Source: an uncultured virus (IMG/VR IMGVR_UViG_3300008964_000003) (taxonomy: Duplodnaviria > Heunggongvirae > Uroviricota > Caudoviricetes). From it: 20,000 nucleotides of DNA. Every line of letters begins with the position of its first letter. Positions within the stretch are counted from its first letter, which is position 1. The stretch lies in the IMG/VR virus record IMGVR_UViG_3300008964_000003; one strand, 5' to 3'. A program made the translations under genes and the position numbers. Positions 7,161-16,054 of the stretch are shown in pieces. The notes below the pieces were generated by a model that had not been told where the DNA came from, ran no database searches, and saw only the letters and a list, made by a program, of their open reading frames with translations.

Positions 7161-7718
7161 ATGTTTAAAAAATTACTAATTGCAGTGCCATTGATTCTTG
7201 CTTACTCTTTAGCAGTTGCTGAACCAATTGTTACTGAATCCACAACTGATAGTACTGTTACTTCGAATTCGAATTCAACTACAACTGTCAAAACTGCACC
7301 ACCATCAGCAATTTCACCTTCGATCAATACATCGAATAGTGACACATGTACGATCGGTGTTTCAGGCGCGGTTCAAACACAAATTCTTGGTATCTCTGCT
7401 GGTAAAACAGTTCGTGATATGAATTGTGAACGACTCAAAAATGCAAAAACTTTATATGACATGGGCATGAAAGTTGCTGCCGTGTCTGTTATGTGTCAAG
7501 ATTCTAGAATCTTTGATGCTATGATGGATGCTGGCACACCTTGCCCATATGATGGAATGATTGGCGATGCTGCTAAGGAAGCTTGGAAACTAGATGAGGG
7601 TAAACAACCATCAAATGTAAAACGAAGCACTATTCTGAAAGATATGGATGAAGATGATAAAAGCACTCTTAAAGGTGCCGCTGGTGTTGGTGGCCTCTTA
7701 CTCTTATTGCTACTCTGA
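7161..7718 (+). CDS. Secreted Cys-containing protein with S/T-rich linker and hydrophobic C-terminal tail
   Basis: Signal peptide (..LAVA-E), Thr/Ser-rich stretch, four Cys, C-terminal GAAGVGGLLLLLLL. Confidence 0.8.
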   Translation: MFKKLLIAVPLILAYSLAVAEPIVTESTTDSTVTSNSNSTTTVKTAPPSAISPSINTSNSDTCTIGVSGAVQTQILGISAGKTVRDMNCERLKNAKTLYDMGMKVAAVSVMCQDSRIFDAMMDAGTPCPYDGMIGDAAKEAWKLDEGKQPSNVKRSTILKDMDEDDKSTLKGAAGVGGLLLLLLL

Positions 7719-8541
7719 AGTCATAACCGGACAAACCAATAACGCTACTAGCAATGGTTACAGTTGGAATATGGCTGATATATTACCGCCCGAGGCTGGT
7801 ATAGAGGTTAGTGGTGTATTTCATCGTTATACTATAACGAAAGATCCATCTACTGATGCCACTGTTGTTATTCGTAATGAAGACGCAATAAATGGTGGTT
7901 ATGTATACGAGAGAAACGATAGCTGGGATCAGTTACCCGGAAATACTAAAGTTGGATTTGATCCGATGATTACTAACATTCCAGGTAATAGATGGGGGCC
8001 TGGGGAAATATTTGTGAATGGTGATGGCACAATTAGTGATGCCAATATATCATACACATATCAGTTTGATACTTGTTACAATCCTTTATTAGATCCAAGC
8101 TGTGATGGATATTTTGATTCTATGTATCAATATTTGTTAGATAATGGGCTTTTAGGCACTATTGATTATGATGATCCATATTATGATGAATTCGTACAAA
8201 GATATTTAGAAGAAAATGCAGAAACCGACCTTGAAGAAACTGAAATTCAAGAAGAAGTGATTACCGAAGAAGAAGAAACTGAAGAAAGATCGTTGGAAGA
8301 GGTGTTAGCTATTACAGGCGCTGCAGAATCGATCGGCGATGCAGCTCAGCAACAAGCTGCTATGGCACAATTAACTAATAGTATTCAATTTACTCCTTAT
8401 TATAGCGTCACTATTCAAGGAGGAAAATACGAAGATTCTTTATCATTTGAAGATAAAGATATTCCCGACAACAGAAAAGCATTGAGCAATTTGGCAAGTC
8501 AACAATTGCATAGGGATATGGTTCGTTTACAATATGATTAA
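7648..8541 (+). CDS. Secreted protein with beta-rich N-domain and acidic C-terminal region
   Basis: Signal-like N-terminus, CYNPLLDPSC motif, Glu-rich linker; overlaps the upstream gene by 71 nt. Confidence 0.75.
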   Translation: MKMIKALLKVPLVLVASYSYCYSEVITGQTNNATSNGYSWNMADILPPEAGIEVSGVFHRYTITKDPSTDATVVIRNEDAINGGYVYERNDSWDQLPGNTKVGFDPMITNIPGNRWGPGEIFVNGDGTISDANISYTYQFDTCYNPLLDPSCDGYFDSMYQYLLDNGLLGTIDYDDPYYDEFVQRYLEENAETDLEETEIQEEVITEEEETEERSLEEVLAITGAAESIGDAAQQQAAMAQLTNSIQFTPYYSVTIQGGKYEDSLSFEDKDIPDNRKALSNLASQQLHRDMVRLQYD

Positions 8542-8566
8542 TAAGATAAACAATCGGAGAACTAAA

Positions 8567-9064
8567 ATGTTCAATACAAAAACACTTACAGTGGCGTTTT
8601 CGCTATTAGCATCTGCAAGCTTTGCAAATGTTAATATTACGGGCACAGTTCAGTCTAAATGTTCTGTTCATACTGAAACTCAGGGCGTATATGGTAACCC
8701 TACCGCCGACAAACTAAGCACTGCATCTGCAGATGGCGGCGTTGTTCCTCGTATTCGCTACGATGTTTCATTAGCTGATAGCTATATCGCAAAAATCTCG
8801 TACCCGACATCATTCTCATCATCACCAACTTTGAATGATGTTGTTAACTGGACTGGTACTGTTGCGGTAGATAAAGTTACAGATCCATTAATGTCAGCAT
8901 ATGAAACAAATAAAGTCGTATACGATAGCACAACCGAATACGATATGACAATTGCCGGTAGCACATGGTTCACTATTGAATCCTCTGCCGAATACGGATA
9001 TAATCAGGCTCTTCCAGGCGGTAACTATACTGCTATCGTAGAAGCCGAATGTATCGCAAAGTAA
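8567..9064 (+). CDS. Fimbrial/pilin-like Ig-fold secreted protein
   Basis: GGAGA RBS supports the start at 8567. Signal peptide ..SASFA; mature N-terminus NVNITGTVQSKCSV and C-terminus PGGNYTAIVEAEC resemble chaperone-usher pilin termini. Confidence 0.6.
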   Translation: MFNTKTLTVAFSLLASASFANVNITGTVQSKCSVHTETQGVYGNPTADKLSTASADGGVVPRIRYDVSLADSYIAKISYPTSFSSSPTLNDVVNWTGTVAVDKVTDPLMSAYETNKVVYDSTTEYDMTIAGSTWFTIESSAEYGYNQALPGGNYTAIVEAECIAK

Positions 9065-9065
9065 T

Positions 9066-9437
9066 ATGAAGTATGTGATAGGGATATTGTTGGGGCTGTC
9101 TGGTGCAGCAAATGCTCATGAGATGGTTCCAGCTTATCCTACTATGAAACCGTCTTATATATCAGGCGTGTCAGTAACAAGTATGAAATTATTTAATAGA
9201 AGAGATGATGTTAGATATTATGAGATTGGTGTGTTTACGAGTGAATGGAAGCCAATTGCGTTTGCTTCAGAAGAAAAGATTATAAAGTTAGAGTATTTAG
9301 GAAAAAAGACCTTTGAGGTTTATATCCGCAATAGTGATTTAGATGATGCTACCTATATTTGCACCTTATCTAAATTAGAAAAGGACAATGTTCGAACTAC
9401 AGGAGTATCCTCTAAAATATGTTCGAAAATAAAGTGA
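9066..9437 (+). CDS. Secreted protein, putative pilus chaperone-like Ig domain
   Basis: Signal peptide ..AANA; P..P motif followed by MKLFNRRDDVRYYEIGV, like the first strands of PapD-type chaperones; ICT...IC Cys pair. Confidence 0.5.
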   Translation: MKYVIGILLGLSGAANAHEMVPAYPTMKPSYISGVSVTSMKLFNRRDDVRYYEIGVFTSEWKPIAFASEEKIIKLEYLGKKTFEVYIRNSDLDDATYICTLSKLEKDNVRTTGVSSKICSKIK

Positions 9438-9446
9438 GGCAAAAAT

Positions 9447-9833
9447 GTGAGATATTTTATTATTTTTATGTTAATGGCAACATGCGCATATGGTGATTCA
9501 AGTTCAATAAGTTTAGGCTTACCTTCAATGCCACAAAACTATCAATCTGATAAGTTTAGGGCCGGAGAACTTGATTGCTCAAATGCTATTGGGTCAGCAA
9601 CTAATATGGAATTTGGCGTGACTGGTACTGTTGAACAAGGCGGAGCCTTTGGAAATGATACGCCCGGTGATGTTGGAGTCTATGCCAGAATTGTCATACC
9701 TCTTGGCAAAAGAGTTAAGAGTAGAATTGATTGTAATAGACTATATGAATTAGAACTAAAAAAGAAACAACTCGAAGTTTTAAAACTCGAAGCAGAGTTA
9801 AAACAACTTAGAGAATTACAATTTGAAAATTAA
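9447..9833 (+). CDS. Secreted protein with amphipathic beta hairpin and C-terminal coiled coil
   Basis: GTG start with GAGG RBS; signal peptide; Cys pair; MEFGVTG and VGVYARIVIPLG strands; LELKKKQLEVLKLEAELKQL heptads. Confidence 0.7.
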   Translation: MRYFIIFMLMATCAYGDSSSISLGLPSMPQNYQSDKFRAGELDCSNAIGSATNMEFGVTGTVEQGGAFGNDTPGDVGVYARIVIPLGKRVKSRIDCNRLYELELKKKQLEVLKLEAELKQLRELQFEN

Positions 9834-9881
9834 TTATTAAAATAGTGACATATATCATGGAAACCAAACAAAGGGTTAGAC

Positions 9882-10598
9882 ATGACTATAGATCGCTCAG
9901 CACACTTTGCCCATATGGCAGAGCTTGCGTATAAAGATGGTAAAGAAGCCAAACCTAATTTTAAAAAGTTAGGCTACACCTATCATAAGTTCATCGACAT
10001 TGACTGCGCACAGGTACATGTGTGCTGGAACAAAACTGAAATGGTTCTTGCTTTCCGTGGCACAGAACCGGGCGAGTTTTCTGATATTAAAGCAGATCTC
10101 AACGCATTCCCAGACCGAGCCCAAGTTGGTGGTTGGGTACACAACGGATTTCAAACTGAATTAGAAAAAGTATGGCAAGATGTTTTAAAAGTTATGGGTG
10201 ACAAACTTGGTTCCCGTAAACTATACATCTGTGGACATTCGTTAGGCGGCGCAATGGCAACTATTGCGGCTTCTCGACTAAATCCACATGCGTTGTACAC
10301 ATATGGATCACCTAGAGTGGGAACTAAAAAGTTCGTTAAGAATATTACATGCAAGCATTACAGGCATGTTAATAATAATGATATTGTTCCAAAGGTTCCA
10401 TTTGCTTTTCTTGGTTATAGACATCATGGAGAGCTTCAATATATTAATTTCTACGGTAACATCCGTAAAATGACATCATGGCAGAGATTCAAAGACGGTT
10501 TCAGAGGACGTCGCGCTGCTTGGAAAAATAAACAACCATTTGATGGCGCCCGTGATCACGGCATGTCCAATTATATAAAATACTTGGAGAAAGAATAA
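9882..10598 (+). CDS. Class 3 lipase (alpha/beta hydrolase)
   Basis: AFRGT, VHNGF, GHSLGG nucleophile elbow, TYGSPRVG, DIVPKVP, and C-terminal DH.M..Y. Confidence 0.92.
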   Translation: MTIDRSAHFAHMAELAYKDGKEAKPNFKKLGYTYHKFIDIDCAQVHVCWNKTEMVLAFRGTEPGEFSDIKADLNAFPDRAQVGGWVHNGFQTELEKVWQDVLKVMGDKLGSRKLYICGHSLGGAMATIAASRLNPHALYTYGSPRVGTKKFVKNITCKHYRHVNNNDIVPKVPFAFLGYRHHGELQYINFYGNIRKMTSWQRFKDGFRGRRAAWKNKQPFDGARDHGMSNYIKYLEKE

Positions 10599-11050
10599 TG
10601 CCTAACGAGTATAAAGTAAAAGTTTTAAAGATCGTCGACGGCGACACTGTAGACGTGGATATTGATCTTGGGTTCGGTATCGTGCTCACGGACGAGCGCG
10701 TACGAATAGTTGGCATCGACACCCCAGAATCACGTACGTCAAATAAAGTTGAGAAGATCTTTGGACTTGTATCAAAGAATAGATTGAAGCAGCTATTAGA
10801 AAAAGAAGCAATCCTAATCACATTCGATGATAAGAATGGTGAAGACATGAAGGGTAAGTTTGGTCGTGTGCTCGGTGACTTTAAATGCGGTGACACTACT
10901 GTATCTAAAGTGCTGATTGAAGAAGGACACGCTGTTCCATATCACGGTCAAAACAAAGCAGATGTTGAAATTGCTCACCTTGCAAACCGTAACAGACTAA
11001 TGCAAGAAGGTGTAGTTGATCCTGCGGAAGTACAGGCGGCTGACAAATGA
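10598..11050 (+). CDS. Staphylococcal nuclease (SNase/thermonuclease)-like protein
   Basis: VDGDTVDV.IDLGF, RVRIVGIDTPESRT, GKFGRVLG, LIEEGHA motifs. Confidence 0.9.
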   Translation: MPNEYKVKVLKIVDGDTVDVDIDLGFGIVLTDERVRIVGIDTPESRTSNKVEKIFGLVSKNRLKQLLEKEAILITFDDKNGEDMKGKFGRVLGDFKCGDTTVSKVLIEEGHAVPYHGQNKADVEIAHLANRNRLMQEGVVDPAEVQAADK

Positions 11051-11328
11051 TTTGGGATATGGTAGAAAGGATGGCTAGTGACAGATTATGGATCTATACA
11101 AGCATTGCTGGCAGTATTGCTGGTGCTATGGTATTGGCTTATCTTAGCACTACACGAATCGGGTTATGGGGATATGCTCAATTCGATAGAGCAGTGGATT
11201 ATCTCGTGGATCGTTGGGGACTAACTTGGTTAGAACAACCTGAAGATGCATGGAGAAAGAAATACCCAAAGATAACAAAGAAAATAGATGAATTGGAGGC
11301 AAGAATCAATGAACTGGATAAAAAGTAG
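11047..11328 (+). CDS. Hypothetical membrane protein
   Basis: One TM segment (LWIYTSIAGSIAGAMVLAYL) and a charged C-terminus; ATGA overlap with the upstream stop. Confidence 0.75.
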   Translation: MIWDMVERMASDRLWIYTSIAGSIAGAMVLAYLSTTRIGLWGYAQFDRAVDYLVDRWGLTWLEQPEDAWRKKYPKITKKIDELEARINELDKK

Positions 11329-11464
11329 ATTAGTAGAAAGAACGTCTCTGGATGGCGTAGTGTTGATCGGATGTGGTATCGCTATGATCCTAGCACCCCT
11401 TAATCTTATCGCGTATGGCATGATCGCATACGGCGCTTGGACACTGTTGAAAGGTGAGAAGTAA
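11309..11464 (+). CDS. Small 51-aa two-TM membrane protein (not in ORF track)
   Basis: GGAGG RBS; MNWIKSRLVERTSLDGVVLIGCGIAMILAPLNLIAYGMIAYGAWTLLKGEK; TAATG overlap with the next gene. Confidence 0.7.
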   Translation: MNWIKSRLVERTSLDGVVLIGCGIAMILAPLNLIAYGMIAYGAWTLLKGEK

Positions 11465-11808
11465 TGACTGAGGAAACAAAGGTCGCAAAAGAATATCATC
11501 CGGCTGACACCAACGGAGACGGTCATGTGTCTGCTGAAGAAGAAGCAATGTATCTTGAGTTCAAACGAAAGGAACTTGAAGATGCTGATGCTATGCGTGA
11601 TGCCCAAAGAAACATGACATGGTTTGCTCTAGGCGGACTATTACTATATCCATTTGCTGTTGTTCTTGCTTACATGGTGGGACTTGACTCGGCTGGTCAA
11701 ATATTAGGCAATATGGCAGCAACATACTTTGTTTCGGTTGCTGGTATCGTGGCAGCATTCTTTGGCTCACAAGCATATGCTAAAAGCTCAGCTTCAAAAC
11801 CTAAGTAA
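11464..11808 (+). CDS. EF-hand-like motif plus two TM helices (holin-like topology)
   Basis: DTNGDGHVSAEE fits the EF-hand loop consensus; two hydrophobic helices follow. Confidence 0.7.
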   Translation: MTEETKVAKEYHPADTNGDGHVSAEEEAMYLEFKRKELEDADAMRDAQRNMTWFALGGLLLYPFAVVLAYMVGLDSAGQILGNMAATYFVSVAGIVAAFFGSQAYAKSSASKPK

Positions 11809-11817
11809 GGAAAGAAC

Positions 11818-12372
11818 ATGGCAGAGTTTGAATTTGGCGGAATGACTTTTCGAGGTGGTAAGATGGCGGTTGTACTAACGGCGCTGTCTACTGCAGGTGG
11901 AGCTTTGTGGGGTGGTTTTGAGTTCTATAAAGACTATGTTGATATGAAAGAAGTCGTACAGAATATCGACATAGATAAAATTAAAGCAGAGAATGCATTA
12001 GTGCAAACAAAACTTGACGGAGCAATTGACTATACTCGCGATATTAAAGATGGCTTGCGTGATGATTTACTTAAGCTTGAACAAGCAGTAGATCGCATGG
12101 AAGATAAAGTAGACGAATCTGAAAATCGCGTTAAAGATGCCCAAGATAATATTGAACAAACGCTTGAAGGTATTCGCACTGAAATGAATCAGGTACAAAA
12201 AGATGTAACAGCATCTATACGAGAAGTAGAAAAGACTATTAGAGAGTCAGAAAAAGATGTTCGTGACACAATGCGTGAGACGGAAACTCGTATAGATACT
12301 GATATGAGACAGCTTGATAAAGATATAAAAGAAGTCTTACAGGAAGCATTAGATAACCCATTGAACAATTAA
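11818..12372 (+). CDS. Membrane-anchored coiled-coil protein
   Basis: N-terminal TM segment, then a long charged helical repeat region; AAGGA RBS. Confidence 0.75.
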   Translation: MAEFEFGGMTFRGGKMAVVLTALSTAGGALWGGFEFYKDYVDMKEVVQNIDIDKIKAENALVQTKLDGAIDYTRDIKDGLRDDLLKLEQAVDRMEDKVDESENRVKDAQDNIEQTLEGIRTEMNQVQKDVTASIREVEKTIRESEKDVRDTMRETETRIDTDMRQLDKDIKEVLQEALDNPLNN

Positions 12373-12374
12373 CT

Positions 12375-12403
12375 GTTTACAAATGGGTATATAGTGGTAT
12401 AAT
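12375..12403 (+). promoter_or_regulatory. T4-type early/sigma70-like promoter
   Basis: GTTTACA, 16-bp spacer, TGG-TATAAT (12398-12403). Confidence 0.75.
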
Positions 12404-12436
12404 ATAAAAGATTCTTTTATCAATGGGTAGTATACT

Positions 12437-13798
12437 ATGAGAATTTTGGGTGTTAGTGAAGGTTTCCATGATGCAGGTGTTGCATTAGTGGATAAAGGTG
12501 AGATCTTATATGCTGGTCATTCTGAGCGGTATTCTAAGATTAAGAATGACCCTAGGATTCATCCTGATCAGTATTTTGATCATGATCTATACGCATATTA
12601 TGAAAAGAATTGGCTTAAGAATACTCGAAGAGTTCTATTCGGACAAGAAGCCATAAAATCATATAAATGTGATTGGTGCTTTGATATGTGTAAAAAGAAA
12701 ACATTCTATCACCATCAGTCACATGCTGCAGCTGGATTCCATACATCTCCGTTTGATAAAGCTAATGTATTAGTTATTGATTCCATTGGAGAATGGGATA
12801 CAATTTCTGTATGGGAAGCTTGGACGGATCATTATAATCACGCGCAGATGAGAAAGATCAAAAGCTGGAAGTATCCGTACTCTCTTGGTCTATTTTATTC
12901 TGCGGTCACACAACGTGTCGGATTAAAACCTAATGAAGACGAATATATTCTTATGGGCATGGCTGCGTATGGCGAACCTATCTATGATATGTCTGAACTA
13001 CTACATCGCAATAATCATAAAGGCATTGGCGACTATTTGCCGAATGCAAAGAACGAAGACCTAGCTGCATCAGCCCAAGCTACGTTTGAAAAAGAATTAC
13101 TTAAGATCATTGATAAGTACTGTAAACATCCTAACTTAGTGTATATGGGTGGATGCGCGCTTAACTGTGCAGCTAACAGTAAGATTAAAGGTAAGAACAT
13201 TTGGATTATGCCAAACCCAGGTGATGCTGGTTCATCACTCGGTGCTGCAGCATTAGCTCTTGGTAAGAAATTGAAATGGAAAAATCCGTATCTTGGATAC
13301 AATATCAAACGTAACATCAATTCTAAAGAGGTTGCTCAACATATTGTTGATAATTCTTATTGCGGGGTTGCTAATGGCCGTGCTGAGTTTGGCCCTCGCG
13401 CCCTTGGCAATCGTAGCTTGCTTGCTGACCCTCGAAGAGATATTAAAGACACTGTTAACCAGATTAAGCGCCGACAACTCTTTCGACCCTTTGCACCTGC
13501 AATCTTGGAAGAATTTGCTTCTGAATATTTCGAAGGACCGATGAACGAATATATGCAGTTTGTAGCACAAGCAAAGCATGACTATAGTTCAGTTACTCAT
13601 GTTGATGGCAGCGCAAGGGTTCAGGTTGTAAAGAAAGATTGTGGATCTGTTATTCGTCCTATTATTGAAGAGTTTTATGAATTGACTGGTGTTCCTATGC
13701 TACTTAATACAAGTCTAAATATCAAAGGCAAACCTATGGTCAATGATGAAGCTGATGGCATAGAATTTCAAAGAAAATATAATGTAAAAGTATTTTGA
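12437..13798 (+). CDS. NodU/CmcH/TobZ-family O-carbamoyltransferase
   Basis: HDAG...ERYS; HHQSHAA; SLGLFY; MGMAAYG; GGCALNC; GDAGSSLGAA; GRAEFGPRALGNRS; RPFAP; HVDGSAR.Q; LNTSLN. Confidence 0.93.
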   Translation: MRILGVSEGFHDAGVALVDKGEILYAGHSERYSKIKNDPRIHPDQYFDHDLYAYYEKNWLKNTRRVLFGQEAIKSYKCDWCFDMCKKKTFYHHQSHAAAGFHTSPFDKANVLVIDSIGEWDTISVWEAWTDHYNHAQMRKIKSWKYPYSLGLFYSAVTQRVGLKPNEDEYILMGMAAYGEPIYDMSELLHRNNHKGIGDYLPNAKNEDLAASAQATFEKELLKIIDKYCKHPNLVYMGGCALNCAANSKIKGKNIWIMPNPGDAGSSLGAAALALGKKLKWKNPYLGYNIKRNINSKEVAQHIVDNSYCGVANGRAEFGPRALGNRSLLADPRRDIKDTVNQIKRRQLFRPFAPAILEEFASEYFEGPMNEYMQFVAQAKHDYSSVTHVDGSARVQVVKKDCGSVIRPIIEEFYELTGVPMLLNTSLNIKGKPMVNDEADGIEFQRKYNVKVF

Positions 13799-13819
13799 TG
13801 AAAAGATACGAGAAAAATA

Positions 13820-14626
13820 ATGGCTAAAAAAATATTACTTGCGTCGGGTTGTTCATATACTGATACGCATTATAGATCAAACGACCCCACAATCAAAAGA
13901 GATTGGGAAATGTGGCCAGAGCTTATGGCAAAAGAATTGGGTTTAGAATGCGTGAATAAAGGCCAGTCCGGCGCCGGCGCGGATCATATATTCGATACAA
14001 TTTTAGAAGGATTAAGTACATACGGCGATAGGGTCGATACTGTAGCTATTTTATGGTCTACTTCTGATAGACTTCCATTTTTTAATTTTACGCTTAATCC
14101 TATTGTAGAGTGTAACACCATCAATGGAAACTACGATCCATTCCCGTGGATGGACGACATTGGGGTTGGTAAAATAAGCCAAAAATATTTTAAAAGTGAT
14201 CATTTTTTAAGCACTAAGGCCTATAAATCTATGATTCTCAATCCAATTAGAAAAATGTTTGCTATTATGGAAATATGTGAAAAACGTAATATCAAATTTG
14301 TTATGTTCGGAGGTTTAATATATTTTGATTATTTTTCAATTAATAAACAGGTTGAAAATCAACAGTTGCCTGAAAAGTGTGCAATATCACCAGCAGAAGT
14401 GGTTAAAATTTTAACTAACAATTCCATATTTTCCGAAGTCGACAAAAGGAAAAAACACTTTATCGGTTGGCCAATGATGAAAGAAATCGGTGGATATTCA
14501 TTTGATGATATGAGATATAATAAAGAAGAATATTATATTTCTATTCGTGATAGACACCCTAATGCTGCTGGACAAATATTAATTTCAAAAGAATTTATTA
14601 AGAGATATAAGGATCTTTATTTATGA
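13820..14626 (+). CDS. SGNH/GDSL hydrolase-like protein
   Basis: SGCSYT block I, WP, N.G.SG.G block II, WS..DR, C-terminal DRHPNAAGQ (DxH). Confidence 0.7.
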   Translation: MAKKILLASGCSYTDTHYRSNDPTIKRDWEMWPELMAKELGLECVNKGQSGAGADHIFDTILEGLSTYGDRVDTVAILWSTSDRLPFFNFTLNPIVECNTINGNYDPFPWMDDIGVGKISQKYFKSDHFLSTKAYKSMILNPIRKMFAIMEICEKRNIKFVMFGGLIYFDYFSINKQVENQQLPEKCAISPAEVVKILTNNSIFSEVDKRKKHFIGWPMMKEIGGYSFDDMRYNKEEYYISIRDRHPNAAGQILISKEFIKRYKDLYL

Positions 14627-15438
14627 AAAAAGATATACTGCTGGTATCAGGGTGTTCTTATACTGATCCAAACTTTGTTAGTTATGACAAATCTTTGCCT
14701 GATGAAAAAGCTAAAGGTTGGAAGATGTGGCCCGAAATTATTGCAGATCGGCATAATTTATCCGTCATTAATAAAGCTATTAGTGGTATAGGTAATAAGC
14801 AAATATTCGATTCTATAGTAGACGAGCTTCATGTTAATAAAAATGTTAAAAAAGTTGTGGTAGTCTGGAGTGGTTGGGATAGATTTCAGACAATGGCCCA
14901 CATACAACATTTTCCCTTAGCTTCTGCTGTAGATCTTTTACGTGATGATCATTCCATGTATAAAGAAATTTATCAGTATGAAGTAGACTATAGAGATTTT
15001 TTCTATAATCCAAAATATACTATAGATTTATGGGTAAAAAGCGTAGTTAATGATACATTTAGGTATATGTTTTTGCTGGCAAATATATTAAAAGATAAAA
15101 AAATACCATACGCGTTTTATCAAGGTGTTGCCGGATTTCCTATAGGACTTCTCACTAATTTGGATTTTTTACCTAATATAAAAAATCCGATTAATTACAA
15201 ACTAGATAGCTTTTTTTCAGATATTATGCTTAATCCATATTTCAAAGATATTAAAAATAATAAAAATATTATAGGATTCCCATTCCATAAGATGATCGGT
15301 GGATTTAACTTGGATCATATATTAGGGGATGGCGACGATGTTAGGATATCAAAATCAGACCGCCATCCTAACGCACTTGGTCAAATTGGGTTTGCAAATT
15401 ATATAGAAAGCAATTGCAATGGTTTATTTGATAAGTAG
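14623..15438 (+). CDS. SGNH/GDSL hydrolase-like protein (paralog of upstream gene)
   Basis: SGCSYTD, W.MWPE, NKAISGIGN, WSGWDR, IGGF, DRHPNALGQ. Confidence 0.7.
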   Translation: MKKDILLVSGCSYTDPNFVSYDKSLPDEKAKGWKMWPEIIADRHNLSVINKAISGIGNKQIFDSIVDELHVNKNVKKVVVVWSGWDRFQTMAHIQHFPLASAVDLLRDDHSMYKEIYQYEVDYRDFFYNPKYTIDLWVKSVVNDTFRYMFLLANILKDKKIPYAFYQGVAGFPIGLLTNLDFLPNIKNPINYKLDSFFSDIMLNPYFKDIKNNKNIIGFPFHKMIGGFNLDHILGDGDDVRISKSDRHPNALGQIGFANYIESNCNGLFDK

Positions 15439-16054
15439 TTTTATTTGGTGGTTCTTTTTATCTTCAGCGGTAATTTCAGCTGGATATCATAGATACTTTT
15501 CGCACAGATCGTTTAAAGCTCCTGTCTGGTATGAATATCTAGTTCTTTCTTTAGGGCCATTATCAGGCTCTGGCTCGGTACTTGGTTGGGTTGGTGTACA
15601 TAGGCTGCATCATAATCACTCGGATACTGAAAAAGACCCTCACTCGCCCAAGTATCAACCCGTTTGGAGAGTATTGACTTCTACGTTTAAAGTTCCGGCT
15701 ATTCGTCCAAGACACGTAACTGACTTACTCAAAAACAAACGAGTAATGTGGTTTCATAAAAATCATAGAGATATTCGTTTCTGCACATTCTTATTTGGCC
15801 TCACCTTTCTGCCATTTGAATGGTTTCTAGTGTTATTAATTGCACCTATGGTTTATGGTTATATAGGATTTGGATTGCTAAATACATTGTGCCACCGACA
15901 TGAAAATGTTTCTAATTCTTGGATAGCTAACATTTTGACTGGCGGTGAAGGATGGCACGCTAATCATCATGCAAAGCCAATGGATTGGCAAATTGGAAAG
16001 AGGTGGTACGAATGGGACCCAGCGGCTTGGTTTATTCGATTGATCCGAAAGTAA
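15419..16054 (+). CDS. Delta-9-type membrane fatty acid (acyl-CoA) desaturase
   Basis: His boxes GYHRYFSH, HRLHH..SD...DPHSP, N...H, GEGWHANHH; TM helices. Confidence 0.9.
   Translation: MVYLISSFIWWFFLSSAVISAGYHRYFSHRSFKAPVWYEYLVLSLGPLSGSGSVLGWVGVHRLHHNHSDTEKDPHSPKYQPVWRVLTSTFKVPAIRPRHVTDLLKNKRVMWFHKNHRDIRFCTFLFGLTFLPFEWFLVLLIAPMVYGYIGFGLLNTLCHRHENVSNSWIANILTGGEGWHANHHAKPMDWQIGKRWYEWDPAAWFIRLIRK

Noticed and set aside
8210..8300. GAA-rich low-complexity run
   Set aside because: It encodes a Glu-rich linker, not a tandem repeat or array.
8534..8566. Longer start for the pilin-like ORF
   Set aside because: The GGAGA RBS and signal-peptide geometry support ATG 8567.
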